Assembly: GCA_964411925.1 (NCBI GenBank)
Contig: CAYPNI010000003.1
Span: 2,175-66,174 of the forward strand
DNA from: an uncultured Nitrospirales bacterium
GTDB taxonomy: Bacteria > Hydrogenedentota > Hydrogenedentia > Hydrogenedentales > GCA-2746185
Direction: 5' to 3'
Length of the DNA stretch: 64,000 bases
Positions 35,567 to 45,172 of the stretch are shown piece after piece (the first letter of the stretch is position 1; every line of letters begins with the position of its first letter). Under the pieces are notes generated by a model. The model worked only from the letters and a program-made list of their open reading frames with translations. It was not told where the DNA came from and searched no databases. The position numbers and the translations under genes were made by a program.

Positions 35567-37531
35567 TCACGAGAGCATGAAGGCGAGCGCGGCGAGCGCG
35601 AGCAGCCCGAAGCCGCCCAACGAGATAAAGATGGCGATCAGCGGCCACGCAGACTGAAACGCGAGCGACTGTTCCACTTCGCGTTGCACGGCCGAATTCG
35701 CCTGGAATTTCGAGACGTCGAAGGCCCCGGCATCTACGGAGATCACTCGCTTTGCGGGCGGCGTTTGTTTCGCTGGAACAACTCCTGCCACAGGCCGTTC
35801 TGGTGTTGTCGGGCCTGTTTCAGAGTGTTTCAAACCATCGCCGGCGTGTTTTTCGCGCAGTGCACGACGCAAGAACTCGACACGATCTCGAGTGCGCGCC
35901 AAATCGGCTTCCCGGTTGCGAAGCACGGCTTCGAGTTCGGTGGTATCGCCCGCCGGAGCCGCGGTCCGCTGACGGAGCTGCGCGAGCTCGGCGCGCAAAC
36001 GCCGGACGACGGCGTCCTTGTCCTCCACGCGCTGACGAAGGAGCACCAACTCGCGATTGAGCGTTTCCCGGTCCGGCCCGTCGGCCTCGGCGGCTGCATC
36101 CAATTCAAGCCGTGTCGCGGCGTCGAGTTGCTGACCCTGGTGGTGGATGACGAAGTCGTGCTCTTTTGCCAATTCCCGGAGGTTGTCCACCTCGGCCTTG
36201 AGGGCCCTCGTGAGCAGCCGCTGGTCCATTTGGTGACAGTTCAGCGACTCCCGGGCCTCGTCGAGCTCGCGCCGAAGCGCCTGGACCAGGTACTCCTGCC
36301 CCACCGCGTCCGATTCCAGGGCTTCGATCGCGGCGGTCAGTTCCGCGGCCTCGGCCGCGCCGGCATGGGTCGTGTTCGCGGGATGCGCATCCGTGACTTC
36401 CGCGCGAAGCCTCTCAAGCTCGTGATCGCGCGCGACGATTTCGCTCTGGAGCGCGGCGACCTCGTCACGGAGCGTCATGTGCGAGGCCGCGAGAGCGTCG
36501 AAATTGTCAGAGAGCACTGCGGACTCGGCAATGGTCTCGCTGATCCGCTCGTGGGCGACGCGTTCCGCCGACTCCAGGGCGGCCGCGAGCTCCGCGCTAC
36601 GCCGTTCGGACAGCTGTAGTTTAAGTTCAATCTCGGCGTAGTCAGACGCCGGCTGGGCGTCCACAACGTTTTTCGGCCGGTTCGGATGGGCCAGCGCGGC
36701 GCGCGCCTCGTCCAGTTCGCGCCCGGCCTCGCGCAATTGTTCGGCGTACCGCGAAACCTCCGCCGAGAGTCCTTCGACGATCTCGGCGGTTTGAACGGCG
36801 TCGTCCTCGAGTTTCCGCCGGCGCTGATCGGCCAGGGACGCGGCCTCCTGTTCCCGCGCGGCGTGATCCCGGGCGGCCTGAAGTTCCGCGGTCAGCGTCT
36901 CGAGGCGGGAATGCAGTCCACTCGCCTCGCGCTGCAACTCTTCGACGGCGGGCGCCGTCAGGGGTTGACCGGCCGCATCGTCCTCGACGTCGCCCTTCGC
37001 CTTCTCCAGCGCCCATTCCTTGCCGCGGAGTTGACGGCGCATGTCGTCGAGCGAAATCTGCGCGCGGCCCAACGCGTGGACTGTCGCTTCGCGTTCACGC
37101 TCGGACTCGACCCATTTTTTTTCTGACTCGCCGCGCAGCCGATTTTGCAGGTGCAACTGTTCGCGGGCGAATTCCAGTTCAGCGGTCAGGCGTTCGAGTT
37201 GCTGGTGCGCATCGCGCGCGCGCTGTTCGGATTCCGTCACGCGCAGGAGGAACAACTTGCGCGCGTCGTCTTTTGGGACGGGTTCGTAAGCAGTCTCTGC
37301 GGGCGCGACGGCCGCCGCGCGGCCGGGAGCCTCGGGCAGCCGGAACGCGGGCCGGCGGGACTGATGCAGACTGAGCGACTGCGCGAGCGCGGACCGTGCG
37401 CGGGTCACTTCTTCGACCCACTCATCCACGGATTGCGCTAATCGAGAATAGTCGTCGCCGCGCCCCGAAACCACGCGATTTCCCCCTGAGGCAGTGAGCC
37501 CGTCAGCACGGAACCCCCCAACGCGGCGCAT
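35567..37531 (-). CDS. Long coiled-coil protein with C-terminal transmembrane anchor
   Basis: 654 aa. Extended heptad-rich Glu/Arg/Leu/Ala sequence. C-terminus WPLIAIFISLGGFGLLALAALAFMLS. I recognise no family. Confidence 0.6.
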   Translation of the reverse strand: MRRVGGFRADGLTASGGNRVVSGRGDDYSRLAQSVDEWVEEVTRARSALAQSLSLHQSRRPAFRLPEAPGRAAAVAPAETAYEPVPKDDARKLFLLRVTESEQRARDAHQQLERLTAELEFAREQLHLQNRLRGESEKKWVESEREREATVHALGRAQISLDDMRRQLRGKEWALEKAKGDVEDDAAGQPLTAPAVEELQREASGLHSRLETLTAELQAARDHAAREQEAASLADQRRRKLEDDAVQTAEIVEGLSAEVSRYAEQLREAGRELDEARAALAHPNRPKNVVDAQPASDYAEIELKLQLSERRSAELAAALESAERVAHERISETIAESAVLSDNFDALAASHMTLRDEVAALQSEIVARDHELERLRAEVTDAHPANTTHAGAAEAAELTAAIEALESDAVGQEYLVQALRRELDEARESLNCHQMDQRLLTRALKAEVDNLRELAKEHDFVIHHQGQQLDAATRLELDAAAEADGPDRETLNRELVLLRQRVEDKDAVVRRLRAELAQLRQRTAAPAGDTTELEAVLRNREADLARTRDRVEFLRRALREKHAGDGLKHSETGPTTPERPVAGVVPAKQTPPAKRVISVDAGAFDVSKFQANSAVQREVEQSLAFQSAWPLIAIFISLGGFGLLALAALAFMLS

Positions 37532-37743
37532 TATAGATTGGCGCTAAACAACCGTCAACAGGCGTGCGCGCTCCTTACTAAATTGCGTCCGTGTACGGCC
37601 GATTCGTTGACCCGATTTCGGCCCTGTGGTAGCGTTTAGTGGCAGGATCTGAGGCGTAATCGGCGCTTGTTCGCGCGACAAGCAGTCGGGGATCCGGCGA
37701 GGCGTTGCACGACCCGGCGACGATTCAATCGGGAGTGTGGTGG

Positions 37744-38124
37744 ATGGTCAAGAGATGTATCAGCGCGCCGGGTGCGCCGCCGGCCATGGGCCCCTATTCG
37801 CATGCGGTCGAATCCGGCGGGTTCTTGTTCCTCTCCGGCCAGGTGCCGCTGCGTCCGGATGGAAGCGGGCTGCTTCGCGGGACGATCGAAGAAGAGACCC
37901 GACAGGTCTTCTCGAACATTGAAGCGGTTCTCAAGGCGGGCGGATCAACGTTGGCGAATGTCGTGAAGGCGATGGTCTTCCTCGACGACATCGGTAATTT
38001 CGCCGCGTTCAACAAGGTGTATAGCGAGTACTTTCCGCAGAACCCTCCAGCGCGGAGCTGTGTCCAGGTGGCGCGGCTCCCCGGAGACGCGAAGGTTGAA
38101 ATCGAAGTCATCGCAAAGTTGTAA
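37744..38124 (+). CDS. ridA: RidA-family reactive enamine/imine deaminase (YjgF/TdcF)
   Basis: Internal ATG 37744. GPYSHAV...LFLSGQ...ARSCVQVARLPGDAKVEIEVIA are hallmark RidA motifs. Confidence 0.9.
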   Translation: MVKRCISAPGAPPAMGPYSHAVESGGFLFLSGQVPLRPDGSGLLRGTIEEETRQVFSNIEAVLKAGGSTLANVVKAMVFLDDIGNFAAFNKVYSEYFPQNPPARSCVQVARLPGDAKVEIEVIAKL

Positions 38125-38140
38125 CGCGCGGGGGCGCACG

Positions 38141-39406
38141 ATGTTTGAGGGGGCCGCAACGGCTTGGTTCCGCCACTCGCTGGCGGCGGTGTGTATGCTT
38201 GCCGCGGTGCCGGCGTTCGCCCAGAACGCGAGCGAGCTGAACGCGCTTGGCGTGGCTCGGTATGAAGCCGAGGATTTCCAGCGGGCGCGGGACCACTTCG
38301 AAGCCGCTCTCCAGCTCGATCCGCACAACGGGGTCATCAAGAAGAACTACACGAACGCGTGCCAGGCGCTGGCGGGGACGCTGGCCGAGTCGGGCAACTA
38401 CAGCGACGCGATCGGCCACGTCGAACATGCGGTCCAGAGCGACCCGACCAACCCGATGCCGTTGATTCAGCTCGGCGCGTATTACCTTCACGAAGGGCGC
38501 ACGCGCGAAGCGATATACCGGCTCGAAGAAGCGATCGAACTCGCGCCGAAGGACGTTGATGCTCACTACTTGTTGGGCGAGGCGTACTACCGGGACAACG
38601 ATGTCGTGTCGGCGCTCGAGCAGTGGACGTGGGTCGAGCGTGTGCAGCCGGATCGCGCGGGGCTCGCCGAACGGCTCGAAGCGGCGCGCCGCGAGGAGCA
38701 GGTCGAGGCGGACTACTCCGGCCGCACGTCCCGTCATTTCAATGTGACGTACAACCGCGAGGCGGAAGGCGCGGTCGTCCGCGATGTGCTGGCGATTCTC
38801 GAACAGGCATACCGCGACGTGGGCCGCATGCTCGGCAACAATTATCCGCCGACGCCGGTACAGGTCTCGTTGTATACGCAGGAAGGGTTTCAGCAGACGA
38901 CGCAGATGGATTCGCATGTGGGCGCGCTGTACGACGGCAGCAAGATTCGATGCCCGGTAATCGGCCCGGACGGCAAACCGCTGCCGCGGGAAGAGCTGCG
39001 GCGGCGGCTCTACCATGAATATGTGCACGTTGTGGTGCGGCACATCGCCAAAGACGGCGTACCGTGGTGGCTCAACGAAGGCCTGGCGGAGGCGTTGACC
39101 ATTGAACTCACGCCGCGCGAGCGGGCGTTTCTGCGCCACGCGAACCAGAACGACGCGCTGTTCGATCTCGAACAGCTCGCCGACGGCCAACTCGACAAGC
39201 TGGACGCGCAGGGCCTCTACCTTGCCTACAAACAATCGCAGGCGACGGTGTCGTATTTGAAACAGCGCTTCGGCACGCGGCGGCTTGCGCAAATGCTTGC
39301 CGCGATCGGCGGCGGCGAAGACGTCGAGGTTGCGCTGCGCCGGACGCTTCGGTGTTCGTATTCGACGCTTCAGTTGGCCGTCGCCGAGTACGTGCAAAAC
39401 GGCTAG
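38141..39406 (+). CDS. Secreted TPR-repeat protein fused to a peptidase-MA (HExxH zincin) domain
   Basis: Internal ATG 38141. Signal peptide AVCMLAAVPAFA. TPR repeats. HEYVH followed by PWWLNEGLAEAL (gluzincin HExxH...E pattern, Peptidase_MA_2-like). Confidence 0.75.
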   Translation: MFEGAATAWFRHSLAAVCMLAAVPAFAQNASELNALGVARYEAEDFQRARDHFEAALQLDPHNGVIKKNYTNACQALAGTLAESGNYSDAIGHVEHAVQSDPTNPMPLIQLGAYYLHEGRTREAIYRLEEAIELAPKDVDAHYLLGEAYYRDNDVVSALEQWTWVERVQPDRAGLAERLEAARREEQVEADYSGRTSRHFNVTYNREAEGAVVRDVLAILEQAYRDVGRMLGNNYPPTPVQVSLYTQEGFQQTTQMDSHVGALYDGSKIRCPVIGPDGKPLPREELRRRLYHEYVHVVVRHIAKDGVPWWLNEGLAEALTIELTPRERAFLRHANQNDALFDLEQLADGQLDKLDAQGLYLAYKQSQATVSYLKQRFGTRRLAQMLAAIGGGEDVEVALRRTLRCSYSTLQLAVAEYVQNG

Positions 39407-39472
39407 CGGTCTGCCGCGCGGACTTGTTACCATGCCTTGGTACAGGCGAATCACGTCTTGCGCGGGGGTCCA

Positions 39473-41533
39473 ATGCGCGTCCGGCACGGGTTGATCATGG
39501 TCGCAGTCGCCGGGGCGATCGCCTCCTTGCCTGCCGCGGCGCATGCGGAGGGCGGCTTCGCGACGGTCAAGGGCCGCGTCCTGGGACCGGACGGGCCGAT
39601 TGGCGGCGCGCGTGTCTTCCTCGAAGGCGGACTCGAAGGCCCGCTGACCGTCACCGAGACGGACTCGACGGGCGCCTATACGTTCGAGGGCGTCGTGCCT
39701 GGACTGGTCGGCGTGTTCGCCCAAGCGCCGGGACTCGCGCTGGACGGGCGCGGAACGCAGCTGGCGCTTGACCAGGTCGTTGACTCGCTCGACCTGCGCC
39801 TCGCCAAAGCAGGGTCCATCTCCGGCACGGTGACCAGCGAATCCGACGGCGCGGTTTCAGGCGCGTTGATCTCGCGCGCGGTGATTCTCGGGTCGAGCAA
39901 GGTCGGCATTCCGTTCTCCAAACTCGAGCCCTACGGCGTCGCGCTGCCGAAGACCGACAACCGCGGCCAGTTCTCCATTGCGTCACTGCCGCAAGGTGCG
40001 GAGGTCGCGCTCAAAGTCTCGCATCCATCCTACGCGCAGGGCGTCATTGGCAACGCGCGTGTCGGGGCGCACAAGGTCAGCGTGACGCTGAGCCCGGGCG
40101 TGCTGCTCACGGGGACTGTCCTTGCGCGGGGGCGCGAATTGCCCGTACCGAACGCGAGCCTCGAGTTTCGCAGCGTCGATCCTCCGAACGATACGGTGGT
40201 AACGCGATCGCAGGCGGACGGCGCCTACGCCGTGCGGTTGCGGCCGGGCGAATGGCTGTACCAGGCGAGCGGTTATAACTTCCGGACGCCGAACTGGCAG
40301 CGCATCGCGCTCGACGTGAAATTTCCAGCGCAGAGCATGCCGCTGCACGTCGCGGGCACGGCCACACTACGCGGCACGGTCAAGGACGCCAAGTCCGGCG
40401 GGCCGATTGCGGGCGCGCACGTATTGCTGCTCTCCTCGGGCATACCCTCGGCGTCGACGCGTACCGGGCCGGCGGGCACCTACGAATTCACCGCGACCGA
40501 GGGTGAAAACGTCGTGCAACTGGGCCTGACGCCAGGCTTCCTGTTGCCGCCCGAGCCGGCGTTTCGCGTATCGCTGACGGCCGGCCAGGCGATGGACCTT
40601 CCGATGTTCTGGGTGGCGCCGCTGCCGAAGTACTCGCTCGAAGTCGTGGACCAGGACGAACAACCCGTCGCGGGAGCGATCGTGCGTGTCGCGGAACCCG
40701 CGCAATTCGGCTGGTACGCGACGGACGAGAACGGGCTCGTCGAGTTGTCATTCGCGACGCTGCCCTCGGACGGCACCGTCATCGGTCTCGCCGAGCATCC
40801 CACGCTACCGCGCGCGGCGCTGTTCGCGATTACGCGGGAGCGTTCCGACGACGCGATTGTTCAACTGCAGCCGCTGGCGACCTTGTCCGGCAAGGTCGTG
40901 AACGAGAAGGGTTCGGGCGTGGGCGGGGCGTTGGTCGAGGCACAGACGATGCTCGAAGGGTTCGACCGCACGGCGGTGCTGTGGCGAGTGATGACGAATG
41001 CGAACGGAGTCTGGACGTGGACTGCCGCGGTGCCTCACGTGCCCCTCGTCTGCATCGCGAACGCGTTCGACGAGACCGGCGCGCTGATTCCGGAGTCGCC
41101 TTCCGCGGCCGTGCTGCCGGCGTCGACGACGGCGGTCGATGCAGGTTCACTTGCGATCGCCGGCGGGAAGACGCAAAAGACCTCGCTCGGCCGTAAATAC
41201 GAATGGCGGCGGTTCGAGGTGGTTTGCGGCACCCTGCCTGCAAGCGCGGACGCGCTCTCGCTCGTCGTGCACGCTCCGGCCAACCAATTTGACGCCTACG
41301 CCGACAGCCTGGCGAACATCGGGCGAATTCTCGCGCCGCACCGCGTGACGGTTGCCCTGGTGGTTCCGGGCACAGTGTCGTGCGACGAAGCGACGCCGCT
41401 CACGCTGCGGGGTGAGGCGCCGTCTCCCGCGACCGTGTACATGACGGGCCGCGATTCGACAGTCCTGTACGAAGGCGTGGAACTCCCGCCGCTCGCTTCT
41501 ATCCAGGCGTTCGCCGCGGCGTCGGGATCCTGA
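39473..41533 (+). CDS. Secreted multi-repeat protein with carboxypeptidase-regulatory-like (prealbumin fold) domains
   Basis: Internal ATG 39473, signal peptide. Repeated G-x-V-x-D/G...G-x-P-[IV]-x-G-A-x-V...T-D-x-x-G-x-[YF] units (e.g. KGRVLGPDGPIGGARVFL...TDSTGAYTF). Confidence 0.7.
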   Translation: MRVRHGLIMVAVAGAIASLPAAAHAEGGFATVKGRVLGPDGPIGGARVFLEGGLEGPLTVTETDSTGAYTFEGVVPGLVGVFAQAPGLALDGRGTQLALDQVVDSLDLRLAKAGSISGTVTSESDGAVSGALISRAVILGSSKVGIPFSKLEPYGVALPKTDNRGQFSIASLPQGAEVALKVSHPSYAQGVIGNARVGAHKVSVTLSPGVLLTGTVLARGRELPVPNASLEFRSVDPPNDTVVTRSQADGAYAVRLRPGEWLYQASGYNFRTPNWQRIALDVKFPAQSMPLHVAGTATLRGTVKDAKSGGPIAGAHVLLLSSGIPSASTRTGPAGTYEFTATEGENVVQLGLTPGFLLPPEPAFRVSLTAGQAMDLPMFWVAPLPKYSLEVVDQDEQPVAGAIVRVAEPAQFGWYATDENGLVELSFATLPSDGTVIGLAEHPTLPRAALFAITRERSDDAIVQLQPLATLSGKVVNEKGSGVGGALVEAQTMLEGFDRTAVLWRVMTNANGVWTWTAAVPHVPLVCIANAFDETGALIPESPSAAVLPASTTAVDAGSLAIAGGKTQKTSLGRKYEWRRFEVVCGTLPASADALSLVVHAPANQFDAYADSLANIGRILAPHRVTVALVVPGTVSCDEATPLTLRGEAPSPATVYMTGRDSTVLYEGVELPPLASIQAFAAASGS

Positions 41534-41536
41534 TTC

Positions 41537-43402
41537 ATGCGATCCCGCGCGGGCCGGCTCGTGGTGGTCGCCGCGATGGCCGCGTCGGCGGTGAGCATGG
41601 AGGCGGTAGCCTATTCGGTCCGCGGGACGGTCCTCGATGTGGAGGGCGCGCCCATCGCCGGCGCGCGGGCCTGGCTCACCGTATCGCGCGAAAGCCGCGT
41701 CGCGAATACCGGCATCGACGGCCGGTTCAATTTCGACGATGTGTCGTCGGGCCCGGCGCAACTCGTGGTGTACGCGGACACCTTTGCCCTGGGAGGGATG
41801 GAAGGGCCGATCATCCGCAACGAAGACGTCTCGATTGTGCTGGAGCCACCGCGATCGACGCGCGTCCGCGTGATCAACATGCGGTACGAGGCCATCGAAG
41901 GCGCGCGCGTGTCCCGCATGACGGTGAACGACCGGTTCACTGCGTACGTTGAGGACCTCGCCGAACTCGGGTTCCCGGTGAACCGCAGCGACGAGGACGG
42001 CTTCCTCGATCTGCCTCCCCTTCCTCGTGACGCGTTTCTGTCCGTCACATTCGCGGGCGCCGGATACGCGGATGCGCAGTTGCCGGCGCTGCCCGCGGGC
42101 ATCGAAAACCTGGACGTGCCGCTGCCGGACGGCGTTGCTGTGGTCGGCCGCGTGATGGATGCAGACGGCGGCGGCGTCGCGCGGGCGCGCGTTTCGATCT
42201 ACCGGCCGCGGGAAGAGGGCGGCGCCGTGCACGCTGCCGAGGCGCTCACCGGGCCCGAGGGCTTCTACCGCGCGCTCGTGCCGCCGGGCGCGTATTTCGC
42301 CGCCGCGCGCCATCCGGACTTTGCCATGCCCGATCCGGCGCCGATCGACGTGCGCGCGCTGGACGCGGAAACCGTCGCCGATCTGCGCTTGCGTGACCCG
42401 CATCGCATCGACGGGCGAGCGCTCGACATGACGGGGTCGCCCGTGGCGCTGGCCCGGTTCGAGTATCACTCGGGCGATTTTGTCGTGGACGAGACGGTCA
42501 GCGATGTGCGGGGTCATTTCGAGCTGACCGTGCCCGAGGGACCGGGCGCGATCCACGTGACGCCGCCGTATCGCATGGCGACAAAAGAATTTCCGCGCGT
42601 CTACCTCGACATTCGGGCGGCTGAAGCCGTGGTGCGCCCGTCGGCCATCGAGTTTCGACCCTTGCCCGAACTTGAGAGCCGCGTCCTGCTCGCGGACGGC
42701 TCGCCGGCCACACGCGCACTGATCGAATCGCTCGATCTGGATCCGCCGGTCTTCGTGCTGACCGGAGACGACGGGGCGTTCACCATCGCGCTCGACGCGT
42801 TTCCGGAAGCGAAGATTCGGTTTCGGGTCGAAGACGCGCTGCAGCTCCAGCGCGCTGAAATCGAACTCGATCCCAAGAAACTGGCGTTGTCCGAGGTCAG
42901 GCTTCGTCCATTCGAACCCGAGGCCGCACTCGAACCTGAAAAAGCGGCGAACGATCTGCGCGCGCTTGTGGGACGACCCGCGCCGGAGTTTGCGTGCGAC
43001 GCCTGGTTCAACCTGCCGCCCGGCGCGGATTCGCCGAGCGTGGCGTCACTGCGGGGCAAGGTCGTCGTGGTGACGATGTGGGCCGGTTTCGATTTCCTGG
43101 GCCCGAGCCGTGCACGCGCCAACGAATTGAACGCGATCCATGCGTTGTACGAGGGCGTCGAGGACGTCGCGTTCGTCGGAATCCACGACTCGACCGTCGA
43201 GCCGGGCGATGTCGCGCGTTATGTTCGCCAGCTCGGCGTCGCGTATCCCGTGGGTTGCGACCAGGAACCGTACGAGACGTTTGCGCGATATCTCACGCGG
43301 CAGATACCGCAGACGGTGTTGATCGACAAGCGGGGCCTGCTGCGGTACTACTCGACGGATGGGCGGCTCGTCGAACTGATCAAGGTCCTGCGGAACGAGT
43401 GA
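41537..43402 (+). CDS. Secreted carboxypeptidase-regulatory-like repeat protein with C-terminal Cys-less TlpA/redoxin-like thioredoxin fold
   Basis: 621 aa. N-terminal prealbumin-type repeats. C-terminal GRPAPEF...LRGKVVVVTMWAGFDFLGPSRARANEL...IPQTVLIDKRG aligns with TlpA (FWATWCGPC), but the CxxC is LGPS. Confidence 0.7.
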   Translation: MRSRAGRLVVVAAMAASAVSMEAVAYSVRGTVLDVEGAPIAGARAWLTVSRESRVANTGIDGRFNFDDVSSGPAQLVVYADTFALGGMEGPIIRNEDVSIVLEPPRSTRVRVINMRYEAIEGARVSRMTVNDRFTAYVEDLAELGFPVNRSDEDGFLDLPPLPRDAFLSVTFAGAGYADAQLPALPAGIENLDVPLPDGVAVVGRVMDADGGGVARARVSIYRPREEGGAVHAAEALTGPEGFYRALVPPGAYFAAARHPDFAMPDPAPIDVRALDAETVADLRLRDPHRIDGRALDMTGSPVALARFEYHSGDFVVDETVSDVRGHFELTVPEGPGAIHVTPPYRMATKEFPRVYLDIRAAEAVVRPSAIEFRPLPELESRVLLADGSPATRALIESLDLDPPVFVLTGDDGAFTIALDAFPEAKIRFRVEDALQLQRAEIELDPKKLALSEVRLRPFEPEAALEPEKAANDLRALVGRPAPEFACDAWFNLPPGADSPSVASLRGKVVVVTMWAGFDFLGPSRARANELNAIHALYEGVEDVAFVGIHDSTVEPGDVARYVRQLGVAYPVGCDQEPYETFARYLTRQIPQTVLIDKRGLLRYYSTDGRLVELIKVLRNE

Positions 43403-43403
43403 G

Positions 43404-43838
43404 TCAGCGTCTCGCCGTGGTGCGCACCTGGCAATTGACCCAGCCCGAATCGCCGTCGGCGTAGTGTTCCTTCTTCCAGATCGGCAGGCGGTGTTTGATC
43501 TCGTCGATGATGTAGCGGCAACCGTCGAACGCGACGCCGCGATGGCCCGCGCTGACGCCGGCCCAAACCGCGAGATCCCCGATCGCGAGCGAACCCACGC
43601 GGTGGACGCAGACCGCGCGCGTCAACCCGAATTTTTCGCGCGCCTCGGCCAACACGGCCTCCCCCTCCTTCACGGCGACGGCTTCGTAGCCCTCGTAGTC
43701 GAGGCGGACAACCCCGCGCCCCTCGTTCTCGTTGCGCACCCAGCCTTCGAACACAACGCAGGCACCGGCGGAATCGTCGGCGAGCGCGGCGTGCAGCACG
43801 GCGGCGTCAATCGGCTCGGGACTCAGGGAGAATTTCAC
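43404..43838 (-). CDS. moaE: Molybdopterin synthase catalytic subunit MoaE
   Basis: GTG 43838 overlaps the moaD stop (GTGA). FEGWVRNENEGR...HRVG.L.IGD..V...VS..HR...F...RYIIDEIKHRLPIWKKE pattern. Confidence 0.9.
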   Translation of the reverse strand: MKFSLSPEPIDAAVLHAALADDSAGACVVFEGWVRNENEGRGVVRLDYEGYEAVAVKEGEAVLAEAREKFGLTRAVCVHRVGSLAIGDLAVWAGVSAGHRGVAFDGCRYIIDEIKHRLPIWKKEHYADGDSGWVNCQVRTTARR

Positions 43839-44104
43839 GGCCCGCAGCCTCCGGCGACGGGCGGGATGAACACGATGGTGTCTCCCTCGGTAATCTCCGA
43901 CGACCAATCGGCGAATTCTTCGTTGATCACGAGTTTGAGCCGGCCGCGTTCGAGTTCGAAACCGTGCCGCGCGTCGAGTTCATCGTAGACGTCCGCGGCG
44001 GTGCGCGCCGAGGTCCAGACGTGCTCCTCCGCCATGCCGCGCCGCTCGCGCAACAGCGCAAAGTACTGCACGGTGATGCGGCGCGATTCAGCGGTCGCCG
44101 TCAT
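43835..44104 (-). CDS. moaD: Molybdopterin synthase sulfur-carrier subunit MoaD (ThiS/MoaD fold) with 3-residue extension after the Gly-Gly
   Basis: 89 aa. ITVQYFALLRE...GDTIVFIPPVAGG-CGP. Position between mobA and moaE. Confidence 0.85.
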   Translation of the reverse strand: MTATAESRRITVQYFALLRERRGMAEEHVWTSARTAADVYDELDARHGFELERGRLKLVINEEFADWSSEITEGDTIVFIPPVAGGCGP

Positions 44105-44715
44105 CGGACGGGCCCGCTTTCGCGCAGGAGCCGCTCGGCCGCGGCGAGGTCGTCCGGCGTGTTGATGTTGAAGAGCATGCGGTCCTCGGGCGGGCAGAGC
44201 AGGCGCACGTCGGCGTCGCCCAGCGCCTCGCGCAGGCTGGAGAGGCCGCTCTCGAACCGCGCGCGGAGCGGTTCACGGAGCGACGGCTCGTAAATGGCGA
44301 AGAGCGGCTCGAAATGGCCGTCGGACGCCATGAACGCCGTCCCCTGGCGGTGCGGGTCGCGGCTCATCAGCAGCGTGCGGATGCCGCGCGCATCGGCAAA
44401 CGGCAGGTCGCACGCGAGGACGAGCCAGGCGACTCCGGGGTGCGCCTCCATCGCGGAGAGGACGCCGCCGATCGGGCCCGCGGATTCGTAGCCATCGTCG
44501 ATCGCGGGAAGATCTTTCAGCGCGGCCACGCCGTGTTGGTCTGGCCGCACGCTGACGAAGGCCTTGCCGGTCACACTGCGCAACAGGTCGTAGGCGTGGC
44601 GCGCTTGCGGTACGCCGTGCACCGAAATGGCGGCCTTGTCGCAGCCCATCCGGCGGCTGTGTCCGCCCGCGAGCACGAGGCCCCAGACGGGAGGCGCATC
44701 AGTCTGCGGCGACAT
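44101..44715 (-). CDS. mobA: Molybdenum cofactor guanylyltransferase MobA
   Basis: GLVLAGGHSRRMGCDKA motif and LACDLPF. I chose ATG 44715, which overlaps the moaC end by 17 nt. ATG 44733 is an alternative. Confidence 0.85.
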   Translation of the reverse strand: MSPQTDAPPVWGLVLAGGHSRRMGCDKAAISVHGVPQARHAYDLLRSVTGKAFVSVRPDQHGVAALKDLPAIDDGYESAGPIGGVLSAMEAHPGVAWLVLACDLPFADARGIRTLLMSRDPHRQGTAFMASDGHFEPLFAIYEPSLREPLRARFESGLSSLREALGDADVRLLCPPEDRMLFNINTPDDLAAAERLLRESGPVR

Positions 44716-45172
44716 AGTCGCTCTTGCCTCCACGCTTCTCGATGAGCCGCAGGTCGCGCACGACGATGCCGTGCGAGAGGCCCTTGCACATGTCGTAGAC
44801 GGTGAGCGCCGCGACGGACGCGCCGGTCAGCGCTTCCATTTCGACGCCGGTCTTGTGCGTAACCGCGCAGCGACAGTCGATTGCCAGCGTGCCGTCCGCG
44901 CCGGGCGTGATGTCGATGCGGCAATCGTCGAGGCCGATGGGATGGCACATCGGGATGAGTTCGCTGGTCTTCTTGGCCGCCATGATTCCCGCGACAATCG
45001 CCGTCTGGAACACAGGGCCCTTTGGACTCGTCAACTCGCCGTTGGAAATCGCGGCGGCCACTTCGGCGGGCAGCGCGACGATCGCGCGCGCGTGCGCCGT
45101 GCGGCGCGTGGGCGTCTTGCCGCCGACGTCCACCATGCCGGGCTGGTTCCTGTCGTTGATATGCGAGAGCAT
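44699..45172 (-). CDS. moaC: Cyclic pyranopterin monophosphate synthase MoaC
   Basis: 157 aa. MVDVGGK, IPMCHPI and TGVEMEALT motifs. Confidence 0.93.
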   Translation of the reverse strand: MLSHINDRNQPGMVDVGGKTPTRRTAHARAIVALPAEVAAAISNGELTSPKGPVFQTAIVAGIMAAKKTSELIPMCHPIGLDDCRIDITPGADGTLAIDCRCAVTHKTGVEMEALTGASVAALTVYDMCKGLSHGIVVRDLRLIEKRGGKSDYVAAD

